Positions 36,792-46,789 of a stretch of 64,000 bases of DNA are shown here, piece after piece. The translations under genes were made by a program, and so were the position numbers. The DNA comes from an uncultured Gammaproteobacteria bacterium (lineage in GTDB: Bacteria; Pseudomonadota; Gammaproteobacteria; Steroidobacterales; Rariloculaceae), in the NCBI GenBank assembly GCA_963810755.1, contig CAWEOP010000001.1, positions 89,807 through 153,806 on the forward strand, read 5' to 3'. Each line of letters starts with the position of its first letter. The stretch's first letter is position 1. A model generated the notes under the pieces. That model worked only from the letters and a program-made list of their open reading frames with translations, did not search any database and was not told where the DNA came from.

Positions 36792-37323
36792 GGGAATCGC
36801 AATCGCCGCGGGCATTCTCGCTCTTGCGGGGCTGTCTCTCGCGGCAGCGCAGGAAGGACCCAAGCTCGGCGTGCCCGTCACGCAGGAGCAAATCGCGAGC
36901 TGGGACATCAGCGTCGGACCGGACGGGGCGGGTTTACCTCCGGGCAAGGGCAACGCCGTCACGGGCGCAGCGGTGTACCAGGCGAAATGCCTCGCGTGCC
37001 ACGGTGAGAAGGGCGCGGGCAAGCCGAGCGATCAGCTCGTGGGCGGGCAAGGCACACTGCGCGACGCAGCCGCCGTGCGAACGGTCGGCAGCTACTGGCC
37101 GTATGCGACGACGTTGTTCGACTACATCCGCCGCGCCATGCCGTACGTTCAGCCGCAGTCGCTCTCGCCGGACGAGATCTACGGCTTGTCGGCTTATCTG
37201 TTGTTCTTGAACGGCGTGATCGGCGAGAACGACGAGATGAACGCAACGTCGCTGCCGAACGTGAAGATGCCGAACCGCGATAGCTTCTTTTCCGTCTACA
37301 CGGAGCCGAAACACCGCCGCTAG
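36778..37323 (+). CDS. sorB: sulfite dehydrogenase cytochrome c subunit SorB (copy 1)
   Basis: Overlaps the sorA end by 14 nt. Signal peptide and heme motif CLACH. Confidence 0.8.
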   Translation: MSTSKGIAIAAGILALAGLSLAAAQEGPKLGVPVTQEQIASWDISVGPDGAGLPPGKGNAVTGAAVYQAKCLACHGEKGAGKPSDQLVGGQGTLRDAAAVRTVGSYWPYATTLFDYIRRAMPYVQPQSLSPDEIYGLSAYLLFLNGVIGENDEMNATSLPNVKMPNRDSFFSVYTEPKHRR

Positions 37324-37357
37324 CGGCGTCGAATCGCCGCCGTTGGGGCGACGGCGT
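37324..37357. terminator. overlapping GC hairpins between convergent sorB and the DMT gene
   Basis: GCGGCG-tcgaat-CGCCGC (37324-37341) and CGCCGCCG-ttgggg-CGACGGCG (37336-37357, one mismatch). No T-run. Confidence 0.3.
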
Positions 37358-37713
37358 TAGGCGCCCGTGATCTTGGCGCGGAACACGAAGTACACGGCGC
37401 CGAGCACGCAGAGGGCGGCCCAGAGGTAGTCGAGCTTCAGCGGCTCTTTCAAATAGAAGACGGCGAACGGCACGAACACGCTGAGCGTGATCACTTCCTG
37501 GAGCAGCTTCAGCTGCCCCACCGACAACACCGTAAACCCGATCCGGTTGCCGGGCACCTGGAGCAAGTACTCGAAGAACGCGATGCCCCAGCTCACGAGC
37601 GCCGCGACGATCCACGGGCTACCCCTAAGCTCCTTCAGGTGCGCGTACCAAGCGAACGTCATGAAGACGTTGCTCAAGCTCAACAACAGAATCGTGAGTG
37701 CGATATTGCTCAT
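37357..37713 (-). CDS. DMT-superfamily small membrane protein (DUF486-like)
   Basis: 118 aa, four hydrophobic helices. FMTFAWYAHLK and FEYLLQVPANR-like motifs. Confidence 0.7.
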   Translation of the reverse strand: MSNIALTILLLSLSNVFMTFAWYAHLKELRGSPWIVAALVSWGIAFFEYLLQVPGNRIGFTVLSVGQLKLLQEVITLSVFVPFAVFYLKEPLKLDYLWAALCVLGAVYFVFRAKITGA

Positions 37714-37854
37714 GGCTCAAGATCCCGTAGGCCGCGAGTCGGCCGCGCGCGAGTATCGCATGAGCATGCGGGCGCCGGGCTGAGGAGCGACGCGCGAAGC
37801 CGCAGTGTGGCGCGAGCGCCGAGAGGACGCTCGTAGCCGAGAGAGAACGCGGAA

Positions 37855-37876
37855 GCGACGGCCGCCTGGCCGTCGC
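37855..37876 (-). terminator. hairpin downstream of the RRM-protein gene
   Basis: GCGACGGCC-gcct-GGCCGTCGC, a perfect 9-bp stem, 25 nt past the stop. On the coding strand it is followed by a pyrimidine-rich TTCCGCGTTCTCTC. Confidence 0.5.
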
Positions 37877-37900
37877 CCCCGTTTAGTCGCGTGAAACGGT

Positions 37901-38170
37901 CTAGTAGCGTGGGCGCTGAGGACGATCCTCGCGCGGCTTCGCTTCGTTGACCTTCACGTTGCGGCCCCCGATCGGCGTGCCGTTGAGCGACTGAATCGCT
38001 TTCTGCGCAGCGCCGTTATCCGGCATCTCGACGAAGCCGAATCCCTTGGACTGGCCCGAGAACTTATCCGAGATTACGGTCGCCGACGTCACTTCACCAA
38101 ACGCCCCGAAGGCGGTTTGGAGCTGATCGTCCGTCACGCTGTAGGCCAGATTTCCAACATAGATCTTCAT
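37901..38170 (-). CDS. RNA-binding protein (single RRM domain)
   Basis: RNP2 IYVGNL and RNP1 KGFGFVEM. 89 aa. Confidence 0.9.
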   Translation of the reverse strand: MKIYVGNLAYSVTDDQLQTAFGAFGEVTSATVISDKFSGQSKGFGFVEMPDNGAAQKAIQSLNGTPIGGRNVKVNEAKPREDRPQRPRY

Positions 38171-38530
38171 ACGTACTTAGTCCTTAACGATCGGATCGAT
38201 TGAAAAAAGGTTCGCCGAGCAGCTCGATCCACGGACTGCTCCACGACATTGCCCTCAAGGGCAAATGCCAATTCGATGCCCTCTCGGGCAAGCCCAATGA
38301 TTGCTCTGAAGATGAAATGCTTCGTTGGTGCAACATGCCGCGCCTGGGTCCGTCTCGAATTCGGTCGGAGACGGCTGAGGTAATTCTTTTTCGGAAAGAG
38401 TGCCTAGCGCTGCGTTTGTGGGGGATTTGGCGTCTTAATGACGCTTGAAGGGATGGGAAGATAACAGAACGTTCCGGGAATTACCAACCACTATTCTTCA
38501 CCTCGGTGTTTACCGCTACGCTGCGAACCC

Positions 38531-40345
38531 ATGACTACCACCACCGAAGAGCGACCCAAGGCCAAGTCTCTGCAGCCCTTGCGAGCACTCGTGCCGTATC
38601 TGCGCCCCCATTGGCGCGTGCTCGCCGCCGCGCTCGGTGCCTTGCTCGTCGCGGCCGCGGCACAGCTCGCGCTGCCCATTGCGGTGCGGTTCCTGATCGA
38701 CCAGGGCCTCGCGGTGCGCGACGCGGCGACGATCAACCGCTATTTCATCGCCTTCCTCGCTGCGGCCCTCATTTTCGGCGCGTTCGCGGCGTTGCGTTTC
38801 TATTTGGTTTCGTGGCTCGGCGAGCGGGTCGTGGCCGACATACGCAATGCGGTCTACGCGAATGTCATTCGCATGGACCCGACGTTCTTCGAGGTCACGC
38901 GCACGGGCGAGGTGCTGTCGCGGCTCACGGCCGACACGACGCTCGTGCAGTCGATCTCCGGAGTCGGTATCTCGATCTCGCTGCGCTCGGCACTCACGCT
39001 GCTCGGCTCGCTCGTGCTGCTCGTTGCGACGAGCCCGACGCTCACTCTGATGATCGTGCTCGCGATGCCGCTGATCGTGGGGCCGCTCCTGATGCTCGGC
39101 CGGCGCGTGCGGCGCCTGTCGCGCGACTCGCAGGACCGCGTCGCGGATGCGAGCGCGCTGGCGCAAGAGACCATCAACGCCGTCCAGACGGTGCAGGCCT
39201 TCACGCTCGAGGAGCTTCACACCCTGCGTTTCCGCGACGCGGTCGCGCAGTCGTTCCGCGTGGCGGTTCGGCGGACCAAGATCCGCGGCGCCCTCACGGC
39301 GCTCGCCACGATGCTCGTGTTCGGAGCGATCACCCTGGTGCTCTGGGTCGGCGCGCATCAAGTGCTCGCGGGCACGATGACGTTCGGGCAGCTGAGCCAG
39401 TTCTTGCTGTACGCGGGTTACATGGGCGTCGCGGCGGCGAGCCTGAGCGAGATGTGGGGCGAGGTGCAGCGCGCGGCCGGCGCGATGGAGCGGCTCGTGG
39501 AGCTCGAGCAGGCTGTCCCCACCATCAAGGCGCCGACGTTGCCGGTCGAGCTGCCGCGGCCGCACAAGGGCCGGATCCACTTCGACGCCGTGCGTTTCCG
39601 CTATCCGTCGCGACCCGAAACCGCGGCGCTCGACGACTTCACGGTCACGATCGAGCCCGGCGAGACGGTCGCGTTCGTCGGGCCATCCGGCGCGGGTAAG
39701 AGCACTACGTTCCAGCTGCTGCTGCGGTTCTACGATCCCGCCGACGGGCGCGTGCTGATCGACGGCGTCGACGTCGCGCGCGCGCGGCCGCAAGACGTAC
39801 GAGCGATGATCGGGCTCGTGCCGCAGGACACGGTGCTGTTCGGCGCGAGCGCGCGCGAGAACATCCGCTACGGCCGTCCGAACGCAAGCGACGCGGACAT
39901 CGAGGCGGCTGCTCGTGCCGCAGGGGCCGACGAGTTCATCCGTGTGTTGCCGCAAGGTTACGACACCTTTCTCGGCGAACGCGGCACGCGGCTTTCGGGC
40001 GGGCAGAGGCAACGCATCGCGATCGCGCGCGCGATCCTCAAGGACCCGCCGATTCTGCTGCTCGACGAGGCCACGAGCTCGCTCGACGCGCACAACGAGC
40101 TGCTCGTGCAGCAGGCCCTCGAGCGGCTCATGGAGCACCGCACCACGATCATCATCGCGCACCGGCTCGCGACCGTGCTGAAAGCCGACCGTATCGTCGT
40201 AATGAATCACGGCCGCATCGTCGCGAGCGGCAGTCATCAGCAGCTGCTGCAGAGCAGCCCGCTGTATGCGCGGCTCGCGGAGCTGCAGTTCGGCGCAGCG
40301 AGCGGCGCCGCCGAGGAGCGAGCGGGTGCGACTCTCGTCGGTTGA
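38531..40345 (+). CDS. ABC transporter, fused permease/ATP-binding (ABCB/MsbA-like exporter)
   Basis: Six N-terminal TM helices. Walker [10 protein letters not shown], signature LSGGQRQR, Walker [10 protein letters not shown]. Confidence 0.9.
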   Translation: MTTTTEERPKAKSLQPLRALVPYLRPHWRVLAAALGALLVAAAAQLALPIAVRFLIDQGLAVRDAATINRYFIAFLAAALIFGAFAALRFYLVSWLGERVVADIRNAVYANVIRMDPTFFEVTRTGEVLSRLTADTTLVQSISGVGISISLRSALTLLGSLVLLVATSPTLTLMIVLAMPLIVGPLLMLGRRVRRLSRDSQDRVADASALAQETINAVQTVQAFTLEELHTLRFRDAVAQSFRVAVRRTKIRGALTALATMLVFGAITLVLWVGAHQVLAGTMTFGQLSQFLLYAGYMGVAAASLSEMWGEVQRAAGAMERLVELEQAVPTIKAPTLPVELPRPHKGRIHFDAVRFRYPSRPETAALDDFTVTIEPGETVAFVGPSGAGKSTTFQLLLRFYDPADGRVLIDGVDVARARPQDVRAMIGLVPQDTVLFGASARENIRYGRPNASDADIEAAARAAGADEFIRVLPQGYDTFLGERGTRLSGGQRQRIAIARAILKDPPILLLDEATSSLDAHNELLVQQALERLMEHRTTIIIAHRLATVLKADRIVVMNHGRIVASGSHQQLLQSSPLYARLAELQFGAASGAAEERAGATLVG

Positions 40346-41189
40346 GGGCAATCGCCAACGCCTCGACGGCGGAGCGATGTACGGCAACGTGCCGCGCGCG
40401 CTTTGGGAGCGCTGGTCGCCGCCCGATGCGGAAAATCGCATCGAGTTCTCGTGCCGCGGAATGCTCGCGCAGGACCTCGACGGCATGACGGTGCTGTTCG
40501 AGACGGGCATCGGCGTGTTCTTCGAGCCGCGGCTGCGTGCACGCTACGGCGTCCTCGAGGACGAGCACGTGCTGCTGCGCTCGCTGCAGGCGCTCGGCGT
40601 CGGGCACGAGGAGGTGGACGCCGTGGTGCTGAGCCACTTGCATTTCGACCACGCGGGCGGGCTGCTCGGTGCGTATCGCGCGGACAGGGCTCCAGAGCTC
40701 CTGTTCCCGAACGCACGATTCTTCGTGAGCCGGAGGGCGTGGGAGAGGGCGCGGGCGCCGCACGCGCGCGACCGAGCGTCGTTCATCCCGGGGCTCACCG
40801 ACCTGCTCGAGCGAAGCGGCCGACTCGAGATCGTGGATGGCGAGCGCGGCGCACTCCTCGGCGACCTCGTGCGCTTCGAGCTCACCGAGGGGCATACGCC
40901 GGGACTGATGCATGCCGAGATCGGCGGCGATGGCGGCGTCGTGTTCTGCTCCGATCTGATTCCGGCGCGGCCGTGGGTGCATCTGCCCGTGACGATGGGC
41001 TACGACCGCTACCCCGAGCGCCTGATCGACGAGAAACAGCGGTTCCTGACGGACAAGATCGCGCGCGGAGTGCGATTGTTCTTCACGCATGACCTCGAAT
41101 GCGCGCTCGCGCGCCCCACGCTGGACGCGGCCGGTAAGTTCGGGGTGGTCGAGGAGTGCGCGGCGGTCGAAGCGCTCGCGCTGGACTAA
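40326..41189 (+). CDS. MBL-fold metallo-hydrolase
   Basis: GTG at 40326 gives ..[25 protein letters not shown] motif. Confidence 0.75.
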   Translation: MRLSSVEGNRQRLDGGAMYGNVPRALWERWSPPDAENRIEFSCRGMLAQDLDGMTVLFETGIGVFFEPRLRARYGVLEDEHVLLRSLQALGVGHEEVDAVVLSHLHFDHAGGLLGAYRADRAPELLFPNARFFVSRRAWERARAPHARDRASFIPGLTDLLERSGRLEIVDGERGALLGDLVRFELTEGHTPGLMHAEIGGDGGVVFCSDLIPARPWVHLPVTMGYDRYPERLIDEKQRFLTDKIARGVRLFFTHDLECALARPTLDAAGKFGVVEECAAVEALALD

Positions 41190-42541
41190 CGGCGCGCGCC
41201 GCCCGCGGCGTTCGCGGTTTCCGCGCTGATACGCACGCCGACGCGCTGGTTCGCGGCGGCCACCGCGTTCCATGCTCCGGCCGTGAGCTCGTAGTCCGCG
41301 AGCGGATAGTCGACGGCTGGCTCGGCGCTGCCGTGCGAGACGCTCTCGACCCGCAGCCGCGGATTGCGCGCGGTCGCCGAAGCCACGGCGTTCGCGTACG
41401 CGACGGACTGCCGAGACCCGAGCGCGACGGCCTCGATCTCCGGCCAGCCCATCTGCTCGCAGGTCGCCGCGGGTTGCTGAGGCGGTGCGAGCTCGAGCAT
41501 GCCGTCGGGCCGGTAGTTCATGCAGAACCGGCCGACGTGGACATCGATCGCCACCGTGCCCGCGAAGCCGAGCTCCTCGAGCTGCGCGAACAGCGCCGTG
41601 AGGACGGCCGCGCGGCCGTCGTCGAGGGGCGTTGCGCCGAACGCGTAGCGGCCCCCCTGGTTGATTCCCCACTCGAGCACGTCGATGACGTTGCTGCCGG
41701 CGGCGCGAGGCTGCGAGGCCGCGACCGCCGACGTGCGCGCGTCGCTGATCGCGGCCGTGTCGTTCGCGAGCCGGTGCGTGAGCTCGGTCGCTTCGTCGAG
41801 CGACGAGCGCGTCGCGAAGTAGAGGTAGCCGAGCACCACGCTGACGACGACCAATAGGAAGCTCGCGATCCGCACGGCGCGATCGAGCCGCAGCGCAGGA
41901 GCGCGCTCGGTCATCGCAGCCGGGGCCGTGGGCGGTAACGAAGACACTGTCGCCGTGGCCGCGGGCGCCGACACGGGCGCCGCTATCGGCGCCGACGCAG
42001 AGGCTGCGAAGCGTTGCAGCTCGCGGCGCATCTCTTCGCGTAGCGAGGACACCTGCTCGGAGAACAACCCTTCGAGCAGCTCGCGGAGGCCCTCGGCATC
42101 GAGCGGCCGGCCGCGGGGTTCGGCGGCGCCGGACGGAGCCGGCGCGGCCGCCGCTGCGCTCGGCTCGACGGGTCCCGGGATCAGGTGCAGCGTGCGCAGA
42201 ACCGTCGCCACCTCGACCGGCTGGAGCGTCTTCGGCAGCACGCCGAGCGCGCCGAGCGCTCGCGCCTGCCCGACGTAGAGCTCGCCTTCCTGTGAGGTGT
42301 ACATCATCACCGGGATCGTCGCGGTGGCCGGGTTCTTCTTGATCGCCTCGAGCGCTTCGAAGCCGTCGATGCCCGGCATGTTGTGGTCGAGAAAGACCAC
42401 GTCGGGGCGGCTGTGCTTCAGGTAATCGAGCGCGACCTCGGCGGATTCGGCCATATCCGCGGCCACGCCGTGGTCCGTGAGGAGCCGGCTCAGGACGGCC
42501 CTCGCGAGACGCGAGTCGTCGACGATCAGCGCTCTCTTCAT
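41186..42541 (-). CDS. response-regulator receiver domain fused through one TM helix to a ~200-aa periplasmic domain of unknown function
   Basis: REC: [10 protein letters not shown]...[13 protein letters not shown]...PVMMYTS. Ala/Pro linker. [21 protein letters not shown]. The C-terminal domain matches no family I recognise. Confidence 0.8.
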   Translation of the reverse strand: MKRALIVDDSRLARAVLSRLLTDHGVAADMAESAEVALDYLKHSRPDVVFLDHNMPGIDGFEALEAIKKNPATATIPVMMYTSQEGELYVGQARALGALGVLPKTLQPVEVATVLRTLHLIPGPVEPSAAAAAPAPSGAAEPRGRPLDAEGLRELLEGLFSEQVSSLREEMRRELQRFAASASAPIAAPVSAPAATATVSSLPPTAPAAMTERAPALRLDRAVRIASFLLVVVSVVLGYLYFATRSSLDEATELTHRLANDTAAISDARTSAVAASQPRAAGSNVIDVLEWGINQGGRYAFGATPLDDGRAAVLTALFAQLEELGFAGTVAIDVHVGRFCMNYRPDGMLELAPPQQPAATCEQMGWPEIEAVALGSRQSVAYANAVASATARNPRLRVESVSHGSAEPAVDYPLADYELTAGAWNAVAAANQRVGVRISAETANAAGGARR

Positions 42542-42669
42542 CAGCTTCCTGCCGCGTTGAGGGGCGGTGGCCGGTGCCCGCCGGTTGGACCGGGCCCCCA
42601 GCGATTATCGAAAGGAGCGTGCGTTCCGAATGTGCGGGGAGTCGCAATATCTGTCAATGGCAGGCCCCG

Positions 42670-44706
42670 TCAGGAACGCGCACGCGACCTGGGGCGAGCC
42701 GTGCTGAGCAGGTTGTCGATGGTCTCCAGCAGGCCTTGGACGATCACCGGTTTGACGAGGTGCGCGTCGAACCCGGCTTGGCGCGAGCGCTTGCGGTCCT
42801 CGTCGCGGCCGTAGCCCGTGAGCGCAATCAAGCGGATACCGGCGTTGATGGACCGGATGCGGCGAGCGACCTCGCAGCCGTCGATCCTGGGCAGCCCGAT
42901 GTCGATCACCACGACGTTCGGCTCGCGCTCGAGCGCGTACTCGATACCGGTCTCGCCGTCCGCCGCCTCGAGGACCTGGTGCCCCGCGCTTTCGAGGATC
43001 ATTCGCAACGACTCGCGGGCGTCCGCGTTGTCCTCGACGATCAGAATTCGATACGCCCGTTCCCTGCTCGGCGCGGCGGGGCCGGAGTCGCTCGACGCAT
43101 CGGCGGCCGCCGGTGCGGCCGTGCGCGGGAGCCGGACGACGAATGTGCTGCCCGTGCCGGGCCCATCGCTGTGCGCGGAGACCGAGCCCGAGTGCAGCTC
43201 CGCGAGGCGCTGCACGAGCGCGAGCCCGACTCCGAGGCCGCCCTGGGCGCGGTCGGGACCTTGCTCGCCCTGCGCGAACAAGTCGAAGACGCGCGGCAAG
43301 AGCTCTGCGGCGATGCCGCTGCCCGAATCGGTGACCCGGAGCTCGGCGTGCGCGTCGTCCGCGTCGGTCTCGATACGGATCGTTCCGTCGGGCGCGGTGT
43401 ACTTGATCGCGTTGTGCAGCAGGTTCGTGATGATCTGATTCAGGCGATCGGGGTCCGCGTCGACCCATGCCGCCCGAAGCTCGAGTTGCACCCGCGGCAG
43501 ATCGCGATGACCGGTCGCCGCCGAGGACTGGATCGCCGCCGAGACCGCGTCCGCGAGATTCACGCGCTTGCGCTGCAGCGTCATCTTCCCGACGGTGACG
43601 CGTGCCACGTCGAGCAGGTCATCGATGAGCCGCGTGAAATGCGCGGTCTGGCGCTTGATGATACGGCTCGCGCGGGTTGCAGCGTCCGGCGAGACTCCCG
43701 GGTGGTCGAACACCGCCGAGGCCGCCGCGATTGCGCTCAGCGGGTTGCGAAGCTCGTGGCTCAGCATCGCGAGGAAAGCGTCGTTCGCGCGCAGCGCATT
43801 CTCGGCCTCCTTGAGCGCCGCGTGCTCGCGGCGCGACAGTGCGACGCGCTCCTGTACGAGCGCGGACATCACGAGCGTCGTCATCGCGATCATCGCGGTG
43901 AACGCTTGCAGCACGAGCAGCGATTCGTTGGGCGACGCCATCACGAACGGCCCGTTGCCCGTCGCGGTAGCCCAGGTCGCGATTACGGACATGACCGCCA
44001 CGGTGGTCGCGACGGCGCGCTGCCGGAAGCGAAAGGCGGCCCAGACGAGCGGCGGCAGGCACAGGAACGCGAGTGGATAGCGTGCGAGCAGCGGCTGGAA
44101 GAACACGGCGGACGTGAGGGCGGCTACCGTCGCGAGCAGCAAGGACGCCTCGAGCGCGCGGTTCGCCGTGCCGCGCAGGCCCGGCTCGCGATACCAGAGC
44201 ACGAGCAGCGGGGTCACGAGAATCGCGCCCGCGACGTCGCCGAGCCACCAGGTGAGCCAGATCGCGCCGAGCTGCCCAGCGGGGGCGAGGCCGGCGAGGG
44301 TGAGAATGCTCACGCCGATCGTCGCGCTGACCGTCGTGCTCGCGAGGGCGGCAAGCCCCGCGAACTTGAAGATGTCGAGCGCGTGATCGAACACGTTGCG
44401 GCCGTTCGCGAATCGCGCGACGAGGTAGGCTGCGGCGAGCCCCTCCAGAGTGTTGCCCGCGGCAATGCCGATCGAGGTGACGACGGTGCCCGCGGTCGTG
44501 AGGTTCACGAGAAACGCGCCCGCGAACACCGCAGGCGTCGCGCGATAGCCGAAAACGAGCAGCGCCGCAATCGCGACGCCCGTCGGCGGCCAAACGGCCG
44601 ACGCGCTCGGGTTCAGCAGACCGAAGAACTCGAGCCCGACTCGACCGGCGAGGAAGTAAACGCCCGTCAGGCAGGCGAGTAAGGCGAACCAACGCAGCCG
44701 TGGCAT
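42670..44706 (-). CDS. hybrid sensor histidine kinase/response regulator with a MASE1-like membrane sensor
   Basis: Start MPRLRWF at 44706. MASE1-like AVWPPTGVAIAALLVFG. HisKA LAMLSHELRNPL, HATPase (DSGSGI, GGLGVGL) and a C-terminal REC (ILIVEDNADARE...VVVIDIGLPRIDG). Confidence 0.85.
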   Translation of the reverse strand: MPRLRWFALLACLTGVYFLAGRVGLEFFGLLNPSASAVWPPTGVAIAALLVFGYRATPAVFAGAFLVNLTTAGTVVTSIGIAAGNTLEGLAAAYLVARFANGRNVFDHALDIFKFAGLAALASTTVSATIGVSILTLAGLAPAGQLGAIWLTWWLGDVAGAILVTPLLVLWYREPGLRGTANRALEASLLLATVAALTSAVFFQPLLARYPLAFLCLPPLVWAAFRFRQRAVATTVAVMSVIATWATATGNGPFVMASPNESLLVLQAFTAMIAMTTLVMSALVQERVALSRREHAALKEAENALRANDAFLAMLSHELRNPLSAIAAASAVFDHPGVSPDAATRASRIIKRQTAHFTRLIDDLLDVARVTVGKMTLQRKRVNLADAVSAAIQSSAATGHRDLPRVQLELRAAWVDADPDRLNQIITNLLHNAIKYTAPDGTIRIETDADDAHAELRVTDSGSGIAAELLPRVFDLFAQGEQGPDRAQGGLGVGLALVQRLAELHSGSVSAHSDGPGTGSTFVVRLPRTAAPAAADASSDSGPAAPSRERAYRILIVEDNADARESLRMILESAGHQVLEAADGETGIEYALEREPNVVVIDIGLPRIDGCEVARRIRSINAGIRLIALTGYGRDEDRKRSRQAGFDAHLVKPVIVQGLLETIDNLLSTARPRSRARS

Positions 44707-44805
44707 TCGAACCCCGTGCTCGGCACATCCGGTCCAGGAGCTCACGATTCTACTATCGTGGCCGTGGCCGCGTCCGGGCGTCCGTGTGAAGTGCGGCGCG
44801 CGCGT

Positions 44806-45567
44806 TTAGAAGCTCAGGTCTGGGACTCTCTTCAGTATTCGCTGCTCGAGCTGCGAGATCAGGCCTGCGCCCTTCGTGAGGAACGCGGCGGTTCCTTGCG
44901 GTCCGAGCGTCTTCGCGATCGGCGGTGGTCCGTCGAGAGGCGAGAAATCCGGATAGTACATATTGAGTGTGATTATGCCGGGCTCGCCGCCCTGCACCGA
45001 CGTCGTGACCTCGAGCCCCGAGAACGTGCCGTTCTCCTTCGCTTGCTTCATCACGGGATACATCTCCGTGCGAACGAAGCTCATGTAGTCGCGGGCCTTG
45101 CCCGGCATCGCGCGGTAACGGCTCACGAACAGCGTCTGCGCGGAGCCCGGATCGAGAAAGAATTCGTCGTGGCGATTCTCGATCGAGCGGTGCATCGACA
45201 CCGTGCAGTCGCGCAGCTTCTCGACGAGCGCCGCCGCCTTGTCCTTCCCGAGCGCGCGCTCGAGCGCATCGGGGCCGTTGAACTCCGCGAACGAAGGCAG
45301 CGGCCGCACGATCACGTAGTCCGTGGCCTCGCCGATCACCGTTTGAAAGACAGTGTATTGCTTGATGCCGGCTTTCTTGAGCGCGGGCACGACTTCCGTG
45401 CGCTCGAGCGCGAGCCATTCGGCGACCATCTCGGGCTTCACGTGGACCTCGGTCACGAGCAGCCGCGTGTTGCCCGGGCCTCCCTCCTGCGCGTAGCCCG
45501 CGGCCGACACGCACAGCATCAGCAGCGCGGCCGCGGCGTGCGCCGCCGCCTTCGTTTGGACGTTCAT
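44806..45567 (-). CDS. secreted protein with two tandem ferredoxin-like (Dabb/ABM-like) repeats
   Basis: Signal peptide present. Internal repeat visible: VHVKPEMVAEWLALERTEVVPALKKAG.. versus YRAMPGKARDYMSFVRTEMYPVMKQAK.. Confidence 0.55.
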   Translation of the reverse strand: MNVQTKAAAHAAAALLMLCVSAAGYAQEGGPGNTRLLVTEVHVKPEMVAEWLALERTEVVPALKKAGIKQYTVFQTVIGEATDYVIVRPLPSFAEFNGPDALERALGKDKAAALVEKLRDCTVSMHRSIENRHDEFFLDPGSAQTLFVSRYRAMPGKARDYMSFVRTEMYPVMKQAKENGTFSGLEVTTSVQGGEPGIITLNMYYPDFSPLDGPPPIAKTLGPQGTAAFLTKGAGLISQLEQRILKRVPDLSF

Positions 45568-45854
45568 GAGCTCCCCCTCGGTCGTTGTCGCAGTCGCCGG
45601 CGGGCGCTTCTACGGCCGCCGTCCCGGGCTTCACTCTAGTCCGGCAGCCGGTATTGCGCCATCGCGTGGCTGATGGTGTCGGCCCGGCTCTGCGACTATT
45701 CTCGGTCGAAATCATGGCGCGTGCGCGCCGCAGACGACGAGCAACAACGCGCCGGCCGCGCGCTAGCCGAGGACGCGACTACGCTAAGCGCAGCGCCGGA
45801 ACGCGCGGGTCGCTATTCGCAACTGCGATTGCGACTGCGACCGCGGCCGATCGA

Positions 45855-46679
45855 TTACTTCTTCTCGGTAGCGGGCTCGACCGCGGTCTTCTCGAGCTGC
45901 TCCATCCAGATGCCTTCGGAGCAGTTGTCCTCGAGCATCACGTTCTCGATCTTGCGGTAGAGCGTCGTGACCCGGTAGTCCTTGTCGACGTACATTCCGG
46001 GGTCGGTGATGTACATCTCGTTGACGAGCAGGGTGCCCTCGACCTTCGGCGGCCGATCGGGGCGAAGCCCCGTGATCTTGAACGCGCTCGCGTCCTTCAG
46101 ATACCAGCGCTCGACGATCTTCATCTGATCGCTGTGCGGCCAGCGCGGCGCGTACCACTCGGTGATCTTCGTGGTCTCGATCACGAGCGTGTCGCCTTCC
46201 CAGCGGCCGACGGAGTAGCCGACGCGTTGGCTCGGGAAGTCGTCGGGCGGCTTGCGCCCGTCGAGGTAGATACGCCGCGACTGCTTCGCGAGCTCCGACA
46301 GCAGCGTGATCCGGTTCGGCTGCTGCACGATCTCCATCGCGGCGCCGCCGATGCCCCACATCACGGTGGGCATCCCGGGCTCGACGCAGCTGCCGTTCGC
46401 CTCGAGATTCTCGACGTCGTACTTCGCGATGAACTCGTCGGTGATCTTCTTGCCTTCCGCCGTGCGCGTCGGCTCGATCGGAATGAAGAACGGCGCGCCG
46501 AGGCGGTCGTGCTGCACCATGCCCCAGACGCCTTCGAGATTCGGCGGGTCGGCCGCGTACGCGTTACCGAGCACCAGCAGCAGGGTCGGCGTCGAGATGA
46601 GTAAGCGCTCCGTAAGAGCGCGACAAACACCGCGCGTCTCGCGCCGGCGAGCTCCGGGATGCATGCCCGTCCCCCTCAT
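45855..46679 (-). CDS. secreted partner-family protein (copy 5, no adjacent DUF6152-like gene)
   Basis: Motifs SCVEPGMPTVM, GRWEGDTLVIET, PHSDQMKIVERW and EDNCSEG. The start is uncertain (M1 or M6). Confidence 0.75.
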   Translation of the reverse strand: MRGTGMHPGARRRETRGVCRALTERLLISTPTLLLVLGNAYAADPPNLEGVWGMVQHDRLGAPFFIPIEPTRTAEGKKITDEFIAKYDVENLEANGSCVEPGMPTVMWGIGGAAMEIVQQPNRITLLSELAKQSRRIYLDGRKPPDDFPSQRVGYSVGRWEGDTLVIETTKITEWYAPRWPHSDQMKIVERWYLKDASAFKITGLRPDRPPKVEGTLLVNEMYITDPGMYVDKDYRVTTLYRKIENVMLEDNCSEGIWMEQLEKTAVEPATEKK

Positions 46680-46789
46680 GCTTTGCGCCGCGTTCGCGAG
46701 CGGCTGTCGTTGTGGAATGATGTTGAGCGCCCGAAGAAGTGTAGCAGCGCCTGGGCGGGACTCGCTCGTGCGTTCGTTTCGGCGGCCGG

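Noticed and set aside
38200-38448. 82-aa ORF in the RRM/ABC intergenic spacer
   Set aside because: It has a TTG start, no RBS, an atypical composition for this genome and no family resemblance. I treated the region as non-coding or regulatory.
40152-42647. 831-aa reverse-strand ORF
   Set aside because: It overlaps the MBL hydrolase on the opposite strand and the response regulator in another frame. It is Arg/Gly/Ala-rich with no domain.
42574-44682. 702-aa plus-strand ORF
   Set aside because: It is antisense to the hybrid histidine kinase, which has full HisKA/HATPase/REC motifs.
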